Source: the human T2T-CHM13v2.0 reference genome, Homo sapiens
Strand: one strand, 5' to 3'
Assembly (NCBI RefSeq): GCF_009914755.1
Contig: NC_060929.1
Length of the DNA: 64,000 nucleotides
Both the position numbers and the translations under genes were made by a program. Below, in pieces: positions 1-13,609 of the stretch; the stretch's first letter is position 1, and every line of letters begins with the position of its first letter. The notes beneath the pieces were generated by a model. The model saw only the letters and a list, made by a program, of their open reading frames with translations, was not told the DNA's origin and did not search any database.

Positions 1-667
1 TCAGAGGGTATTTTGTCATTTCTCCATCAGAGGTAACTACCAAGTCACTGTGTGTCACAAAGTACTTTGATTACCTAATATTTTCTTAATGATTTATCTA
101 ATTATTGTTTATATCTCTCAATATAGTATAAGTGTTCTGAGAGCAGAAACTATGATTGAGTTAAATATAGTAAGGATGTGATGAATATATACATGTATAT
201 GAAATTCATATTAGTTGAACAAATGGATTGATGGAGAAATTAGTGCAGTGCCTGAATTTCAGCTTACTTTTGTAAACCTTGACCCTAAACATAAATTAAT
301 GTTAGTCATTTACAGAGCAAATATGATATTACAGCCGTTCCACCAATATTGACGGAGCCATTCCTATGTCAGAAATTTTCGTAGTTGCATGATAATACAA
401 TAATCAATAGGACAGAAAAGGTTTTCATTGGTTCTCAGGAATTTTAAGGTTGTAGGGTAGAAAGACAAAAAGAATACTTTTTATTAAAGTGTACTTGTTG
501 CAGGTATCATATGGTAGGAACAGATATTGTCTGTTCTTCTTATATTCCTTCTACATCCCAGTCTTCCAAACCTGGAATATTTCTAGCACTTTTCCATATT
601 CAGTCCCAAAGAATTGGATTTGCCTTTCCAAATCCATTTGAAACAGCATTATTTGTGATTATTGGTA

Positions 668-1189
668 GGTAATGAAGTACCCCCACTTTTCTAAGAGATA
701 GTTTATTTTTCTCTTTCTTCTTTTCTCTTTCCTCCTTTTTCCCACTTCCTACTTAGCCCTTCAGAAAAGCAAATATAGCCTTTTACGTCCTCTTCACCAG
801 ACACTCCTTACTGGGCAAGTTCATCTAATTATGTGCATCTAGCTACCTGCTCCAGAAAGGAACTCTCACCCACAAGGAGGTTGCCTTGAGAGATAACAGT
901 CAATTTACAACACAAAGTATGCCTGCCTGTGAAGAAGGCAGCAGTCACCAGCTTGACCACCCAGTAGATAAGGCACCTAGCTAACACAGACTCCCCACCT
1001 GCTTACTTCCCCCCACTCTGTGTGCTCACCTCCTGCTCCAAAAGCGAAGCAGTGCCCTTAAAGTACAAAGCTTGCACTTCTTCCCTTAAGCTAGCTTTGA
1101 AATAAAGAGTTACCTTCTTTACACCAGACCTCGCTTTTGTTAACTGGACACTGCAAGTGGCAAGCAACTGAACCAATGTTTTGGTTACA
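668..1189 (+). mobile_element. ERV1-class solo LTR (LTR23/LTR24-like; subfamily uncertain)
   Basis: ~520 bp running from (G/T)GTAATGAAGTACCCC to TTGGTTACA; AATAAA at ~1101; flanks ggta/gata look like a degenerate 4-bp TSD. Confidence 0.6.
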
Positions 1190-1269
1190 GATATATATGT
1201 ATGTACATATATGTATCTATACATGGAAATGATTAGAATAACTCCTGGAATATACCTGCATGATATAAA

Positions 1270-1480
1270 TATGTAATTTTTTTACATATGCGCCTTATGT
1301 AAGTAGAATCATATTCTAAATACTGTTTTATAATTTGCTTTGGTAGTGTGATAGTATATGTCACAGAGTTTCTGTATTAGTTTACATAAATGTACATTGC
1401 TCTTTTAAAGTTTTTAATATAATTTGATATTATGGATGTGTAATGTATACTTAGTTTTTGCATAATTTAATTTTTTTACT
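1270..1480 (-). mobile_element. Ancient L1M(E) 3' fragment
   Basis: Motifs 'aagtagaatcatattc...tatggatgtgtaatgtatactta' resemble the antisense 3' UTR of old L1. Confidence 0.4.
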
Positions 1481-1496
1481 TGTTTTTATTTTTACA

Positions 1497-1651
1497 AGGT
1501 TGCAGGCCATATATTTAACTGTGCTATGTGCTACTGTATAACAAAAGCAGCCATAGAAAATATAGAAACAAATGAGAGTAACTGTGTTCCAACAAAACTT
1601 TATCTACAAAAATGTGTGGCTGGTCCCTAGGCTGTCGTTTGCGAACCTCTG
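1497..1651 (-). mobile_element. MER58A (hAT-Charlie DNA transposon) fragment
   Basis: 'aaagcagccatagaaaatatagaaacaaatgag...tgtgttccaacaaaactttatctacaaaaa...gtcgtttgcgaacctctg' is the reverse complement of the MER58A consensus including the TIR. Confidence 0.75.
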
Positions 1652-3989
1652 TGATAGACATAAAAGTGTATATGAACATAATAGCAGTAACCTGGAGAAT
1701 ATCTTCTGAAAGATGATAAATAAGAAAAGCCAGGATAAAAGTATGTCTACTCTGTGATTATACTTATGAACAAATTGTAGATGTAAAGAATGAATAAAGA
1801 ACTGTAAAAAATATAAAACTTTTCAGGGATAAGGTTGTTGATTTATGGATTGTTTGATTTTAATTTTAAGTATTTACTTACTCTCTGTGCCGAACAATGT
1901 TGTTCAATAAAAGCAAATATTTGGTTCTGTAATATCTTCCTCTCAATCTCCTTAATCTTGCTTCATTTGGAATAGTCAGTACTCTTTCCAAAATGTGTTA
2001 TACAACTTATAATGAAATTATTTGTCACTCTTTACTTTTTATATATGTTGAGTGATTTCTTTGGAAATATACTCTTAAATAATTTAAGAAATAATATTTG
2101 CTTATCTATTTCTAGGTGGTCACAGCATAGTGTTTGTGAATGCAAAGTGTCTTCCACCTGTTTATAGTAGAGATACTAAGGAGTAATTTCTGAATGGGAA
2201 AGCTTATTGTTTATAACAAATATCCTCTTCTCATCCTTAAGATGTGAGGTCAAGATCAGGTATAAATTATACCCCTGGTTCATTCTAAGTAACTTCTCAG
2301 AGTCCAAGGTCAGTTGGCATTGTTCTGGGTGAGTTGGGTCACAGCTGCTTGCTCCCCACATCTTTTACCCATTTCTGACATAAACAGGACACTCATTGAG
2401 AAAAGGCACTTCCAGACTTCAACCTAAGAAACATAAATGGCAGCAAGTTACAGAGAAGTCAGAAAACATTACTTTGTTATTGAGAACTGCTTGATCTAAA
2501 ACCAAAGCAACAGAGATGTAGAGTCAAAGAGAAACAAGCAAGCATGTGGGATGCTCAGTGGCCACCTCAGGCACATTTTCATTGAGTCTTTCAAATAATG
2601 GTCATCCCAATCGGCTAACCTAGAACAGTTTGCCCAGACTACAGGTGCTGCAAAAAATGTAATTCCACTGGAAGGCACCATTGTAGTATTTGAAATAATT
2701 TTTAAAAGGCTATATGGATCATGCTCTATCATCTTCCTTCAATCTCTCATCCCACATGATCCCCTCAAAACACAATTTTAATGACAAAAATCAGAAGAAA
2801 TGGACACCATACACACACCTAAATCCCTAATACATTTTTTGCCTCTGGTTCTATAAAAATGTGTGTTACCAAACATAAATAACAAGAGAAAATACATTTT
2901 ATAAATGCTAATTTATGAGGGGAATATGAAAATGTGCATTAACTTGAAAAAAACATATAATAACTTTAAGAAAACAAATCTAAATTATAAGAATTTAAAT
3001 TGTGATAGAATACTTTGAAAAAAGACTATGTTGTTATAAAAGTTTCAAAGATGTTCAATTTAAATATAATTTTGTTATGTAATAAAGATATTTAAGGCTT
3101 TTGATTGGGTGACTAATTTTTCAAAGCTTAACATAAAAATGAATGTTTTTAGATGCATAAAATATCTTCAATTAAAAATTATTTTTGCTAAAATATCTTG
3201 TAAATAACACTATGCTTTATTCAAGATCAAAAACCTTAATCACAAACTATGTCTGGGTTAAGAATAAGTTCTCCATCAGCTAGACCCCAAATGATATTTT
3301 ATAATTTATAATTATAATTTATATCATAGTTATGATATGATTGCTGTAATCATTATTACACCTTTAATAACTCTTCATTATATCTACCTGTATCTTGAGA
3401 ATAAGTTAAATTAACGTAGTCTTAAGATGCTTAGGTTTAGTCCTGCACACCCCTCTACATCCTATGATATACATATGTAGATATGTGGACTAAGTATTAC
3501 TCTTCAAATTTGTTTGTGATAACCATCTTAAAGTATCAGTAGTGGGGCTAAAAGAACTGGTAACCCATAGGTACCTGTAATTATCTATCCATACTAGACT
3601 TTATGTAATAATGTTAAAATGTAAGAAAATATGAAAAAGTAAGAAAAAGTAAGAAGGGGCAGAGTCAAGAAAGAGTATCAGAACTATGTTAAATGTATAA
3701 GCCATAAAGTTAGAATAGAATTCAAATTTAAGTGGACAGGAAAATCTGTGAAGTTTTCTGGAAAGCAGAATCACAAATCTAGAAAGCAAGTGAAATTAGA
3801 AGATCAAGTGCGTGAAAAGAAGACAAAAGCATTCCATTTAGGATGGAATAAATAAAGCTGAAAAAAATTGTCTTTACAACATAAATAAAGTCAAACTAAA
3901 GACATGAAAAGAAGAAACAAGTTGTGTTGTAGGAGTGGAGCAAAATAAAATTAAGAGCATAAACTTTTAGAACTAAGATGGTTTGATCC

Positions 3990-5056
3990 ACTAAATAGCC
4001 ATGTAATAAAACATAGTCTCTACATCTACCTCATACAATACAAAAAAATATTTTGAAATTAATCCCAGGCCTCAATGTAAAAAAAAGCTGATTCTATAAA
4101 ACTCAGAAGAAAGCATAGAATACAATCTCTATAATCTTTGGGTAGGCAGAGATTACATACACAGGATCATAAAAAACCAATTCCCTTATTCCCCAAAACA
4201 GAAAAAAATGATAAATTCTATATCACCAAAATTAAAACTTGTACTCTTCAAGTACACCAATAAGAAAATGGAAAGGCAATCAACAGACTGGGAGAAATTG
4301 TCATATATATTTCCAAAAATTTTTATATCCGGAATATGTGGAGAACCCTTACAGTTCAATAATAAGATGTCAAGCAATCCAAACACCATCTCACAGTCTT
4401 CCAATAAAAGAAGCTAGAGTTCCTTGACATGGTGGTTGTACCAGGACTGCTGTCAGAAAAATTCAAGATGACCTTGAAATATTTTGTTTTGTCAGAAAGT
4501 AAGAAAATGCTCAATAATAGAAATGTGGCAGATTGAAGGAGTTTCCTCTGGTCATATCTAGGACAAAATAAATAATGAGAGTATGAGAATACAGCCCATC
4601 ATATACAATGGAAATCCATGACTATGCACTGATATAAATAATTGGGTAAATATATAAATGAGGGAAAAGGAAGGATCTTTCTTACAGCAAAATGCCAATT
4701 TCCAGTATGTAGAAGTTAGGATGGAAATGGATATTTACTCTTGGGCAACTATCACAGAGTCAGTTAATACAAGCAGTGACAAACAGTCAATGGATGCTAT
4801 GGATGTAGATTGAATGCTAAAGCTGTAGGCTGAAGGTATGATGAAGAACAGGATGTTAGTGAAATGTCTGAATATCTTCCCACAAAACAGCAATCCAAAA
4901 CACAGGGGAAAGAAAATTATGACTTTACATTGCAGAGATCTGTCAGGCATCAACTTGATTAGGTGATCAAGGTTACCACCACTACTGGGGGGATGTGTTG
5001 GAATGTTCTTAGATATGATGCTTCATAAAGAGCAGCATCTTTTCTGTGGTATTTCT
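3990..5056 (+). mobile_element. Old L1M ORF2 3' end plus L1MC/L1MD-type 3' UTR
   Basis: ORF 4208-4417 (KMERQSTDWEKL) resembles the L1 ORF2 C-terminus; 'caacttgattaggtgatcaaggtt' is typical of L1MC/MD; interrupted by L1PB and resumes at ~6000. Confidence 0.6.
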
Positions 5057-5998
5057 TTTTTAAAAAATTTTATCATTTCCATAGGTTATTGGGGAACAGG
5101 TGGTGTTTGGTTACATGAGTAAGTTCTTTAGTGGTGATTTGTAAGATTTTGGTGCACCTGTCACCCAAGCAATATACACGGCACCCAATTTGTAGTCTTT
5201 TATCTCTTGCCCCCTTCCCACCCTTACCCTTGAGTCTCCAAAGTCAATTGTGTCATTCTTATGCCTTTGTATCTTCATAGCTTAGCTCCCACTTACGAGT
5301 GAGAACATAAAATGTTTGGTTTTCCATTCCTGAGTTACTTCACTTAGAATGATAGTCTCCAATATCATCCAGATCTCTGTGAATGCCATTAATTCATTCT
5401 TTTTTATGTCTGAGTAGTATTCCATTGTGTGTGTGTATATATATATATATATCACAGTTTCTTTATCCACTCATTGATTGATGGGTATTTGAGTTTGTTC
5501 CACATTTTTGCAATTGCAAATTGTGCTGCTATAAGTATGTGTGTGCAATATATGTGTGTATAATGACTTATTTTCTTCTGGATAGATACTCAGTAGTGGG
5601 ATTGCTGGATCAAATGCTAGTTCTACTTTTAGTTCTTCAAGTAATCTCCACACTGTTTTCCATAATGGTTGTACTAGTTTACATTCCCACTGCAGTGTAG
5701 AAGTGTTCCCTGTTCACCAAATCCATGCCAACATCTACGATTTTTAAATTTTTTTTTATTATGGCCATTCTTGCAAGAGTAAGGTGGTACTGCACTGTGG
5801 TTTTGATTTTCCCTGGTCATTAGTGATGTCGAGCATTTTTTCATATGTTTGTTGGCCATTTGTGTATCTTCTTTTGAGAATTGTCTATTCATATCCTTAG
5901 CTCACTTTTGATGGAATTGTTTTTTTCTTTCTAGTTTGTTTGAGTTCATTGTAGATTTTGGATATTAGTCCTGTCAGATGCATAGGTTGTGAAGATTT
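5057..5998 (-). mobile_element. L1PB (L1PB1-like) 5'-truncated copy nested in L1MC/MD
   Basis: Diagnostic 3' end 'ggggaacaggtggtgtttggttacatgagtaagttctttagtggtgatt'; ORFs 5282-5892 match the ORF2 C-terminus; internal (TG)(TA) microsatellite at ~5426-5452. Confidence 0.85.
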
Positions 5999-6129
5999 AT
6001 ATCAAAAGTGTAGAGCCTGAGTTTGGTCATGAGGAAATATTAGAGAGACCCTGGTTAGTGTTAGCCTAAAAAGTGAAATGCCTAAATACTTAGGATTGTT
6101 AAGGAAATAATAAATCAAAAAACATTGAA

Positions 6130-8575
6130 AAACAGAGAGCAGCTGCACTAGTGCTGAGAATTGAATGAATATATCAGAGTTCTTTTAGTGCCGTGAGATG
6201 CTAACCTTTTGACCTAGGCAGAGTAGAGATATTCCACAGAGCTCATTGGACATTCAGTTTAGACCTCAGAAAGGGCATACTGTAGGAGTAAGGACCACAC
6301 TCTAATGTAAGAACTTAACCCTTTGACAGTGGACAAAATTGAAACAGACCTAATAGAGCAAATGATAAAATCAACCGGGTGAAAGAAAATTCAGTACCCT
6401 TTACAGGAGTACAACATAATGCAACCTTTCTACAATTTAATATCCACGAAGTTTACCATACATTCAAACATACGAGGCATTTGAAGGAGAATGGACATGT
6501 GATCTAAAATCAAGAAAAAAAATACAATCAATATAAACAAATCCTGATATAATCCAGATATTGAAATTAATAGCTGCTATGAATACGTACATGGACTAAA
6601 TGTAAAGGAAATATAACAAGTGAACATATGAGGAATCTCAGCAGAGAATAATGCAAATTGCATAAAAGAACCAAAGGGAAATTCTAGAGCTAATAAGTAC
6701 AATTTATGAAATGGGAAATTTTTACCACATAGGCTTAGCAACAAATGGGAAAGGATAGAAAGATCAATAAGCTTGTAGATGAATCAATAAACATCTTCCA
6801 AACTGAAGAAAAGATGAAAAAAAACATTGAAAATAATGACAAATTTTTAATGACCTCTGGCAAATTATCAAGGTAATTGGGAAAAGCGAATTGGGCAGAC
6901 AAAAGTATTTCAAACACAATGGCCAAATTTTAAAAATTCAGTAGAATTTATCAACAGGTCCAATAAAATCAGAAAAAAAACCCTGCAAATTAATACAAAT
7001 AAAAAGAAACTCAAAGTCACAACACAGTCACACTGCTTAAAACCAAAGATAAAAAGAAAAACCTTAAAAGTAACAAGAGAAAACATATTTCACACAGAGG
7101 AACAGTAATAATGAAATAATGGTTGACTTCTTATCAGTAATAGTTAAGGTCATAAAAAAACAAGGCCATCTTCAAAATGATGAAAGAAAATCTGCCAATT
7201 CAGAATTCTATATTACATTTAAAATCTTTCAAAATTAAGAAAGAAATATAGAATATTTCAGATTTTTTCCTTTTCAGAAATTTAATTTGCACTTATAAAC
7301 CTTCCCATGAAAAAGGCTCCAAGCTTAAATGTTTCTTTGGTGAATTTTATCAAACACATAAGGAAGAAATAACATTAATCCTATACAAATTCTTTCAGGA
7401 AACAGAGAAGTAAGGAAAACATATCAACTCATTTGACGGGTTCAAAATAACCCTGGCATCAAATCCTAAAATTTCAAGGAACAAAATCTTACTGATACCC
7501 CTAATAAATATTAGTGTTAAAAATGTTTAACAAAATATTAGCTAATCAAAGCCTAAATATATGTAAGTATATATAAATACCTCAAGATCAAATAAAGTTT
7601 ATCCCAGGAATGGAAGTTTGATTGAACATTCAAATTAAATTACATTCTATTTAATATAATTCATTATATTAACATAATAAAGGAGAAAACCATAGAAGCA
7701 CCTCAATAAGTGTAGAAAAACACATTTAACAAAATTTAACTAACTTTCATGAAAAAACTCAGCAAAATAAGAAAATAGGAATACAAGAGAAATTTCTTAA
7801 TTTAATGGCACTTATGTAAAGTCTACAATTAATTTAATGGCACTTATGTAAAGCCTACAATTAATTTAATGGCACTTATGTAAAGCCTACAATTATCATC
7901 ATTGAAAGTATCATCATTGAATACTTTCATTGAATACATCATTGAATACATTGAACATTCAATGAACATTGAATACTTTCCCCTAAGATAGAAAAAAAAC
8001 CCAGGATACCCCAATATCGCCTTTTCTATATGACCATCTCCATTGTTCTCAGTTCTAGCCAGTTTACTAAAGCAAGAAATAGACATGAAAGGCATGCAGA
8101 TTGGAAAAGAAGAAATAAACTGTCTTTATTTCACAGACAACATGATTGTTTGTATAGATAATTTCAAATAATCTACATAAAACTCGTGGAACTAATAAGT
8201 GAATTTAGCAATGACACAGTGTATGAGTAAATACAGAGAAAAAAATCACATTTATATACCACTTCACAAAACAAAAGGTAACATCAAAATATTTCTGTAT
8301 TAGCATAAAAATATACAAAAGGCATATGGGGTTTCTAACTAAAAACTATAAACATTAAGAGAGAAATAAAACCTAAACAAGTGGAGAGATATACCATGTT
8401 TGTGGATTGGAAAGATCAATATTATTAAGATATCAATTGTCTCCACATAGATCTACTGCAATTCTAACCAATATCCCAACTGGCTTTTAAAAAAAATTAA
8501 AAACTGACCTTAAATGTATATGAGAATGCATAGTACTTAAATACCAAAACAATGTTGAAAATGAAGAATAATTTT
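6130..8575 (+). mobile_element. Degraded L1M ORF1/ORF2 fragments
   Basis: L1 motifs such as 'tttatcccaggaatggaagtttgattgaacattc', 'ggcatgcagattggaaaagaagaaataaactgtctttatttcacagacaacatgattg' (FADD region) and 'ataccatgtttgtggattggaaagatcaatatt'. Confidence 0.7.
7797..7892. repeat. 32-bp tandem triplication inside L1M
   Basis: TTAATTTAATGGCACTTATGTAAAG(T/C)CTACAA x3 starting at 7797, 7829 and 7861. Confidence 0.95.
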
Positions 8576-9024
8576 ACCTTTAAAATGTATTTGCCTGTAC
8601 CAAGCTGTTGCCTCAAAGTAACTAAGCGCATGACTTTCTATAAGGACAAGTACTAAGATCTGTGCTAATGAAGACATACACATCATTGGTCTAGGAAGAG
8701 TCTGAAATTAGTGAAATTATTAGATAGCTCAAAAATCAAACAGGCTACAAAGTCTGAACAATGAATGTGCAAACAGAGCAGTATCAGATGGTGACACTAA
8801 CATCTTACACAGTGAGATGTGGCAAATGAACAGTTAACCACTGATATTGCCAGGATTTCTACAACCTACACATAATTTTCAATGAGAATATTTTGGGATA
8901 ATTAAATCTATTACTATAGTGCATGCCAGGAAAGCAAGCGGTGAACAGTTCAGTGTTGTGTGTGTTAGTAGGTGCAACACGTGCAAACAAAGTAGGAGGT
9001 TTATAAGACACATACTCGAAAAGT

Positions 9025-9183
9025 TAGTGTTTCTTGAATTTTAATATCTCTATAAATCATCTGGAAATCTCATTAAAATGCAAGTTTTGATTTAGGAATA
9101 CTGGCGATACCTGAGACTCTGTATCTTCACGCATTTCCAGGTGATACTGATGCTGATTTGAAGAGCAAACTTAGAATAGCAAC
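9025..9183. mobile_element. MER5A/B (hAT-Charlie)
   Basis: 'aatcatctggaaatctcattaaaatgcaag...cctgagactctgtatc...tccaggtgatactgatgctg'. Confidence 0.7.
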
Positions 9184-9599
9184 AGTCGATATTTAGGGTA
9201 GCTGAATTAAGCACAAAGTTACCTTATTCAAAGACTTTCTGAAACAAGTAAAAAGATAAACTCTTTAAATAATGTTTCTTGCTATGGAATAATATATGTC
9301 TATGCCCTATATATCCTAAATATACATTGTCTTGTTTCATATTTCCACACCGAATTTGTAGGTAAATACTTAGAATTTATACTGAAGTAATTTTTAGTCA
9401 TCCAAATGCAAGAAAGCCAAGTAATTCAGTTTATTAAAACAGAAACCACCATTGCTTACTTTGTTATACGTATTGTTCATCCTATCTTGATTTACTATAA
9501 TATATACATCTATTCTAAATATTATATCATTATTGGACATTTGAAGATTACATAAGGAGGTAAAGATTTCATGTGCAAAGCAGTGAGAATGAAACAGTA

Positions 9600-10090
9600 T
9601 ATTGTGGACAGGGAAATATAAAGAGTTTGACATGTTGAAATACTTGATCTGAGGAAACAGCATGTGAAAAGAGGCTGGAGAACAAGGCACAGGCCAGGTC
9701 AGGAATTACCGTTAGCATGTCCAGTGGAGTTTGGGCTTTATAACATAGGTAGGGTGCCACTAAAGGAAGAAACAAACTCAGATTTGTTATTTCTGAAAGA
9801 GGACTCCACATAGAAGGAGGAGAAAGGATTAAAAAGGAAATATACTGTAAGCAAGTATATCAGTTTGGGGATTTATTTTTAGTGAAGGTATGAAAGAAGT
9901 GTGTGAATGAAGGCGGTTTCCATTGAGGGAAAAAAATATTTAGGAGCACTCTTATTGTGATTTTGTGAACCAATGGGGTAAGAGAAGTAATAGAATTAGA
10001 TTCATATTTGAATCAGATGTGTAGTGCTTCCATGATCAAAATTAGATTATTTTAGACATGTTGACATAGAAATGCCAGTAAAATGTGGGA
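9600..10090. mobile_element. L2 remnant
   Basis: Purine-rich L2-like motifs 'ggcacaggccaggtcagg...ggagtttgggcttta...ttttagacatgttgacatagaaatgcc'. Confidence 0.45.
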
Positions 10091-11299
10091 TGCTTTTTAT
10101 TGACTATGGAAAGAACACAGCATAAAAAAAGCAAATATTTTTATCTTACAGCCCAACCGATCATTGCTCAAAGAAGTTATAAGCTAAAAATGCTATTTTG
10201 CTGCATTCAGGTTTAGCAAAAAATAGATACATGTAGATTTTTTGTTTGTTTTCTATGGAATTTCTATTGCCCTTTTTTAAAAAAATTATCTTCCAGGGAA
10301 TAAAAAATGAGATATTAAGGTAGAGTTAAGATTGAAGTAAATGCAAAATCAATAACCCAAATAGACAAAAAAGCTATATTTTATGGTATTCATGAACTCA
10401 TCTTTTTTGTAAACTGATGTATGTATTCATGAATTATTTTTCTATGAAGTAGTTCTTTATCTTTATTAGACTTGTTCATATACAATGAAAATATTTCTAG
10501 TTTATCATCTAGCCATAACTGCAAAAACTTTATGAACAGTAGCTGAATGGGAAAGCTGTGAAGAAAGCTCATGGAAAGATGTTTAAATCTTCAGAAAAGC
10601 ATTTTGGTAATAGTGTGAAAATGTTTAATATTGAATATGCCTTTCACACAGAAATTCAATTCCTAGAACTGTAACTGAAAAAACAATGACAGACATAATA
10701 TGCAGATTTAGCTACAATGAAGTTTACTATAGAATAACCTGATTTTAAAACTTTGTATTGAAGTAATATGTGCAGTTTTTAACTAAAAATACCAAATGGC
10801 TCTTAAGAATATAAAAAATATGCCTTTGCCCACATTTCTGGTCTCTAAAACCTATTGCTGTTTTTACAACCAATGGTTGCATTTTTTCTAAATAATTAGT
10901 TCATATTGCTATTTTTAATTTAAAATACTAATTCATTATTTACTTGAGATTATTAAGTTTTAGGTTGAAGAAATAATAGTATTTAGTTGCATTAAATAAT
11001 ACAAGGGAAGACTCCCTTTCTTTCTTGTTTCTTTAATTGGTTATATTTGTACCTCTGTAATTTTAAAAGATTAATTTTAACATCTTTCTTTTTTCTAGCA
11101 ATAATAAGCAGAATTTCCTTATGCTTTTCTAAGTGTATAAATATCCTATAATTGCTTCTGTTATATTTTATTAAAGTATTTAATCAATTCAACAAACTAG
11201 AAATTAAGTTATAGTATAAACATTTTTAAAAGAATCAGTTGAACTGCATCTTATACATATCAAGTTCAATTGCCAACTTGAAGCCAAAGGAATGAACAA

Positions 11300-12420
11300 A
11301 AGACATTTATAACACAGAAAAGATAGGTAAAGGAAGAAAAGCATAAAAGAATAAAGCAAAAGAAATATTTGAAGTAATAATGGTTAAGAATTTTCTAAAA
11401 TTGATTACAGACATCAAACCAGATCCAGGAAGACTAGAGGACAGCAAACAAGACAAATACCAAGAAATCTACACATAGGCATATATATTCAAACTGCAGA
11501 AAGACAAAGACAAAGAGAAAACCTTGAAATAAGCCAAAGAGAACCTTACCTATAGAGCAATGGTCTCCAACTCCCAGGCCGCGGGCAAGTGAGGGCATTA
11601 CCACCTGAGCTCCGCCTCCTGTCAGATCAGTGGCGGCATTAGATTCTCGTAAGAGCACAAACCCTGAACATGCAAGGGATCTAGGCTGTGTGCTTCTTAT
11701 GAGAATCTAATGCCTGATGATCTGAGGTGGAACAGTTTCACCCCCAAGCCATCCCCTGCCCTGCCTCCCTGTCTATGGAAACATTTTCTTCCACAAAACC
11801 TCTCTGGTGCCAAAAAGTCTGGGGACCACTACTATAGAGGAACAAGCATGAGAATTATAATGAGTTTCCCATAAGAAACTATGCAAGCAAAAAAAGAATG
11901 GAGTGAAATATTTAAAGTGTTGGAAAGAAGAAAAAAATAAATATTTGACTAAAATTTTATATTCAGTGAAATTAACCTTTAGAAACAAGGAAATAAGGAC
12001 TCTACCAAACAAACAAAAACTCATGGAATTTATTACCTTACCAACAGGTCTGATCTAAAAGAAATTTAAAAAGAAATTTTTCAGAGACAAAAAAGATTAT
12101 ATAGGTTAGAAATTCAGATCTATGTTAAAAAAAGGCAGTGTCAGAAAAAGAATGAATGAAGGTAAGGTAAATTGTTTTATTTTTAATTAATCTAAAAATT
12201 ATGGATTATTTTTAAAATAACAATGTATCGAATGATTATAACATATAGGTAAGTAAAATAAATGACAATAAGAGATGGGAAGGAGGAATTGGGAATATTC
12301 TGTTATAAGGCACAGGTACTACACATGAAAATAGTGTTATCTGAGGGTATATTTAGATTCATTAAAAATATAAATTGCAGAATCTAGGACAACCAGCAAA
12401 AAAATTTTTATAGAGGTATT
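11300..12420 (+). mobile_element. L1M ORF1-region fragment, interrupted by MER1B
   Basis: 'gaagtaataatggttaagaattttctaaaattgatt acagacatcaaaccagatccaggaag' and 'gaatggagtgaaatatttaaagtgttg' are ORF1 C-terminal motifs. Confidence 0.65.
11558..11831 (+). mobile_element. MER1B-like hAT-Charlie non-autonomous element
   Basis: TIRs caatggtctccaac...ggggaccacta; internal 'gtcagatcagtggcggcattagattctc'; perfect 8-bp TSD CTATAGAG at 11550-11557 and 11832-11839. Confidence 0.9.
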
Positions 12421-12429
12421 ATTAGCCAC

Positions 12430-12554
12430 TGATTGAAACTGATAGCATTTGCCCGGGTGACTCAGAGTGACTCCTGCGAGTTGGCACTGAGACTTTCAAT
12501 CAGTTGGGCTCTCTGCAGCAGGAGATCTGAGTGGTGTGTTCCCATGGCTGCCAC
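12430..12554 (-). mobile_element. ERVL LTR16-like 5' end fragment
   Basis: 'ggagatctgagtggtgtgttcccatggctgccaca' resembles the reverse-complemented start of LTR16. Confidence 0.4.
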
Positions 12555-12789
12555 ATAATGTGTATGTGTCTGTGTGTGCATGCGCGCACGTTTGCACATG
12601 GGTGTGTGTTTATGCAATAAATGTTGCTTTTCAAATTAGTGAAGAAAGGAAGACAAGTTCAATAAATGGCACTGAAAAATATTGGCTAGTATAAATGCTT
12701 CCTGACAGCAGCAACTGGATCATATTTTTACCTGTATTTCCACCACCTAGAACTATGGCTAGTACATTACAGTAGAAAGTAATGGGAAC

Positions 12790-12921
12790 AGGGTAATGTC
12801 CTAATATCGGTTGTGGCGATAGACTCACAACTCCATAAATATACTAAAAACTATTCAATTTTACACTTTAAATGGGTGAATTGTGTGATATGAATTATAC
12901 CCTAATAACGCTATTAAAAAT
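12790..12921 (+). mobile_element. L1MB/ME 3' terminus
   Basis: 'acactttaaatgggtgaattgtgtgatatgaattataccctaataacgctattaaaaa'. Confidence 0.65.
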
Positions 12922-13304
12922 ATAATCTAAAACAATGTTATGTATTTTCTGTAATGGCATATAGATGCACATAAATTAACTGAAAAAGCTTACACATCAA
13001 GTTTATAATGATGTATCTGAGGAAAAAGAGGGGTCAGAATTAACAATATTCTTAAAATGGACTTTAGCTGTATACTTATTTCAATTTTTTAGGTATTGTG
13101 TGTTTGAGTACTATTAGTGTAATTGATAACTAATTCTCAAGTTATTTGCCTAATAGAGGGTTTTTCTGCATCAGACCTATTGAAGGACTTCAGTAAAGTG
13201 AGGTTCAGATTTCTCCATCCCTCTTCCCACTCAAATGTCTCACCACCAAATCTTGCAGAAAAACTGGGTATGTTGGAATGGTATTCTTGTCAAGTGCAAA
13301 GTAG

Positions 13305-13609
<305 letters not shown>

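Noticed and set aside
2496-2732. 78-aa minus-strand ORF in non-repeat DNA
   Set aside because: No recognisable domain or splice context; length within random expectation
7797-7892. 32-bp repeats as a CRISPR-like array
   Set aside because: Head-to-tail with no spacers, inside an L1, in primate DNA
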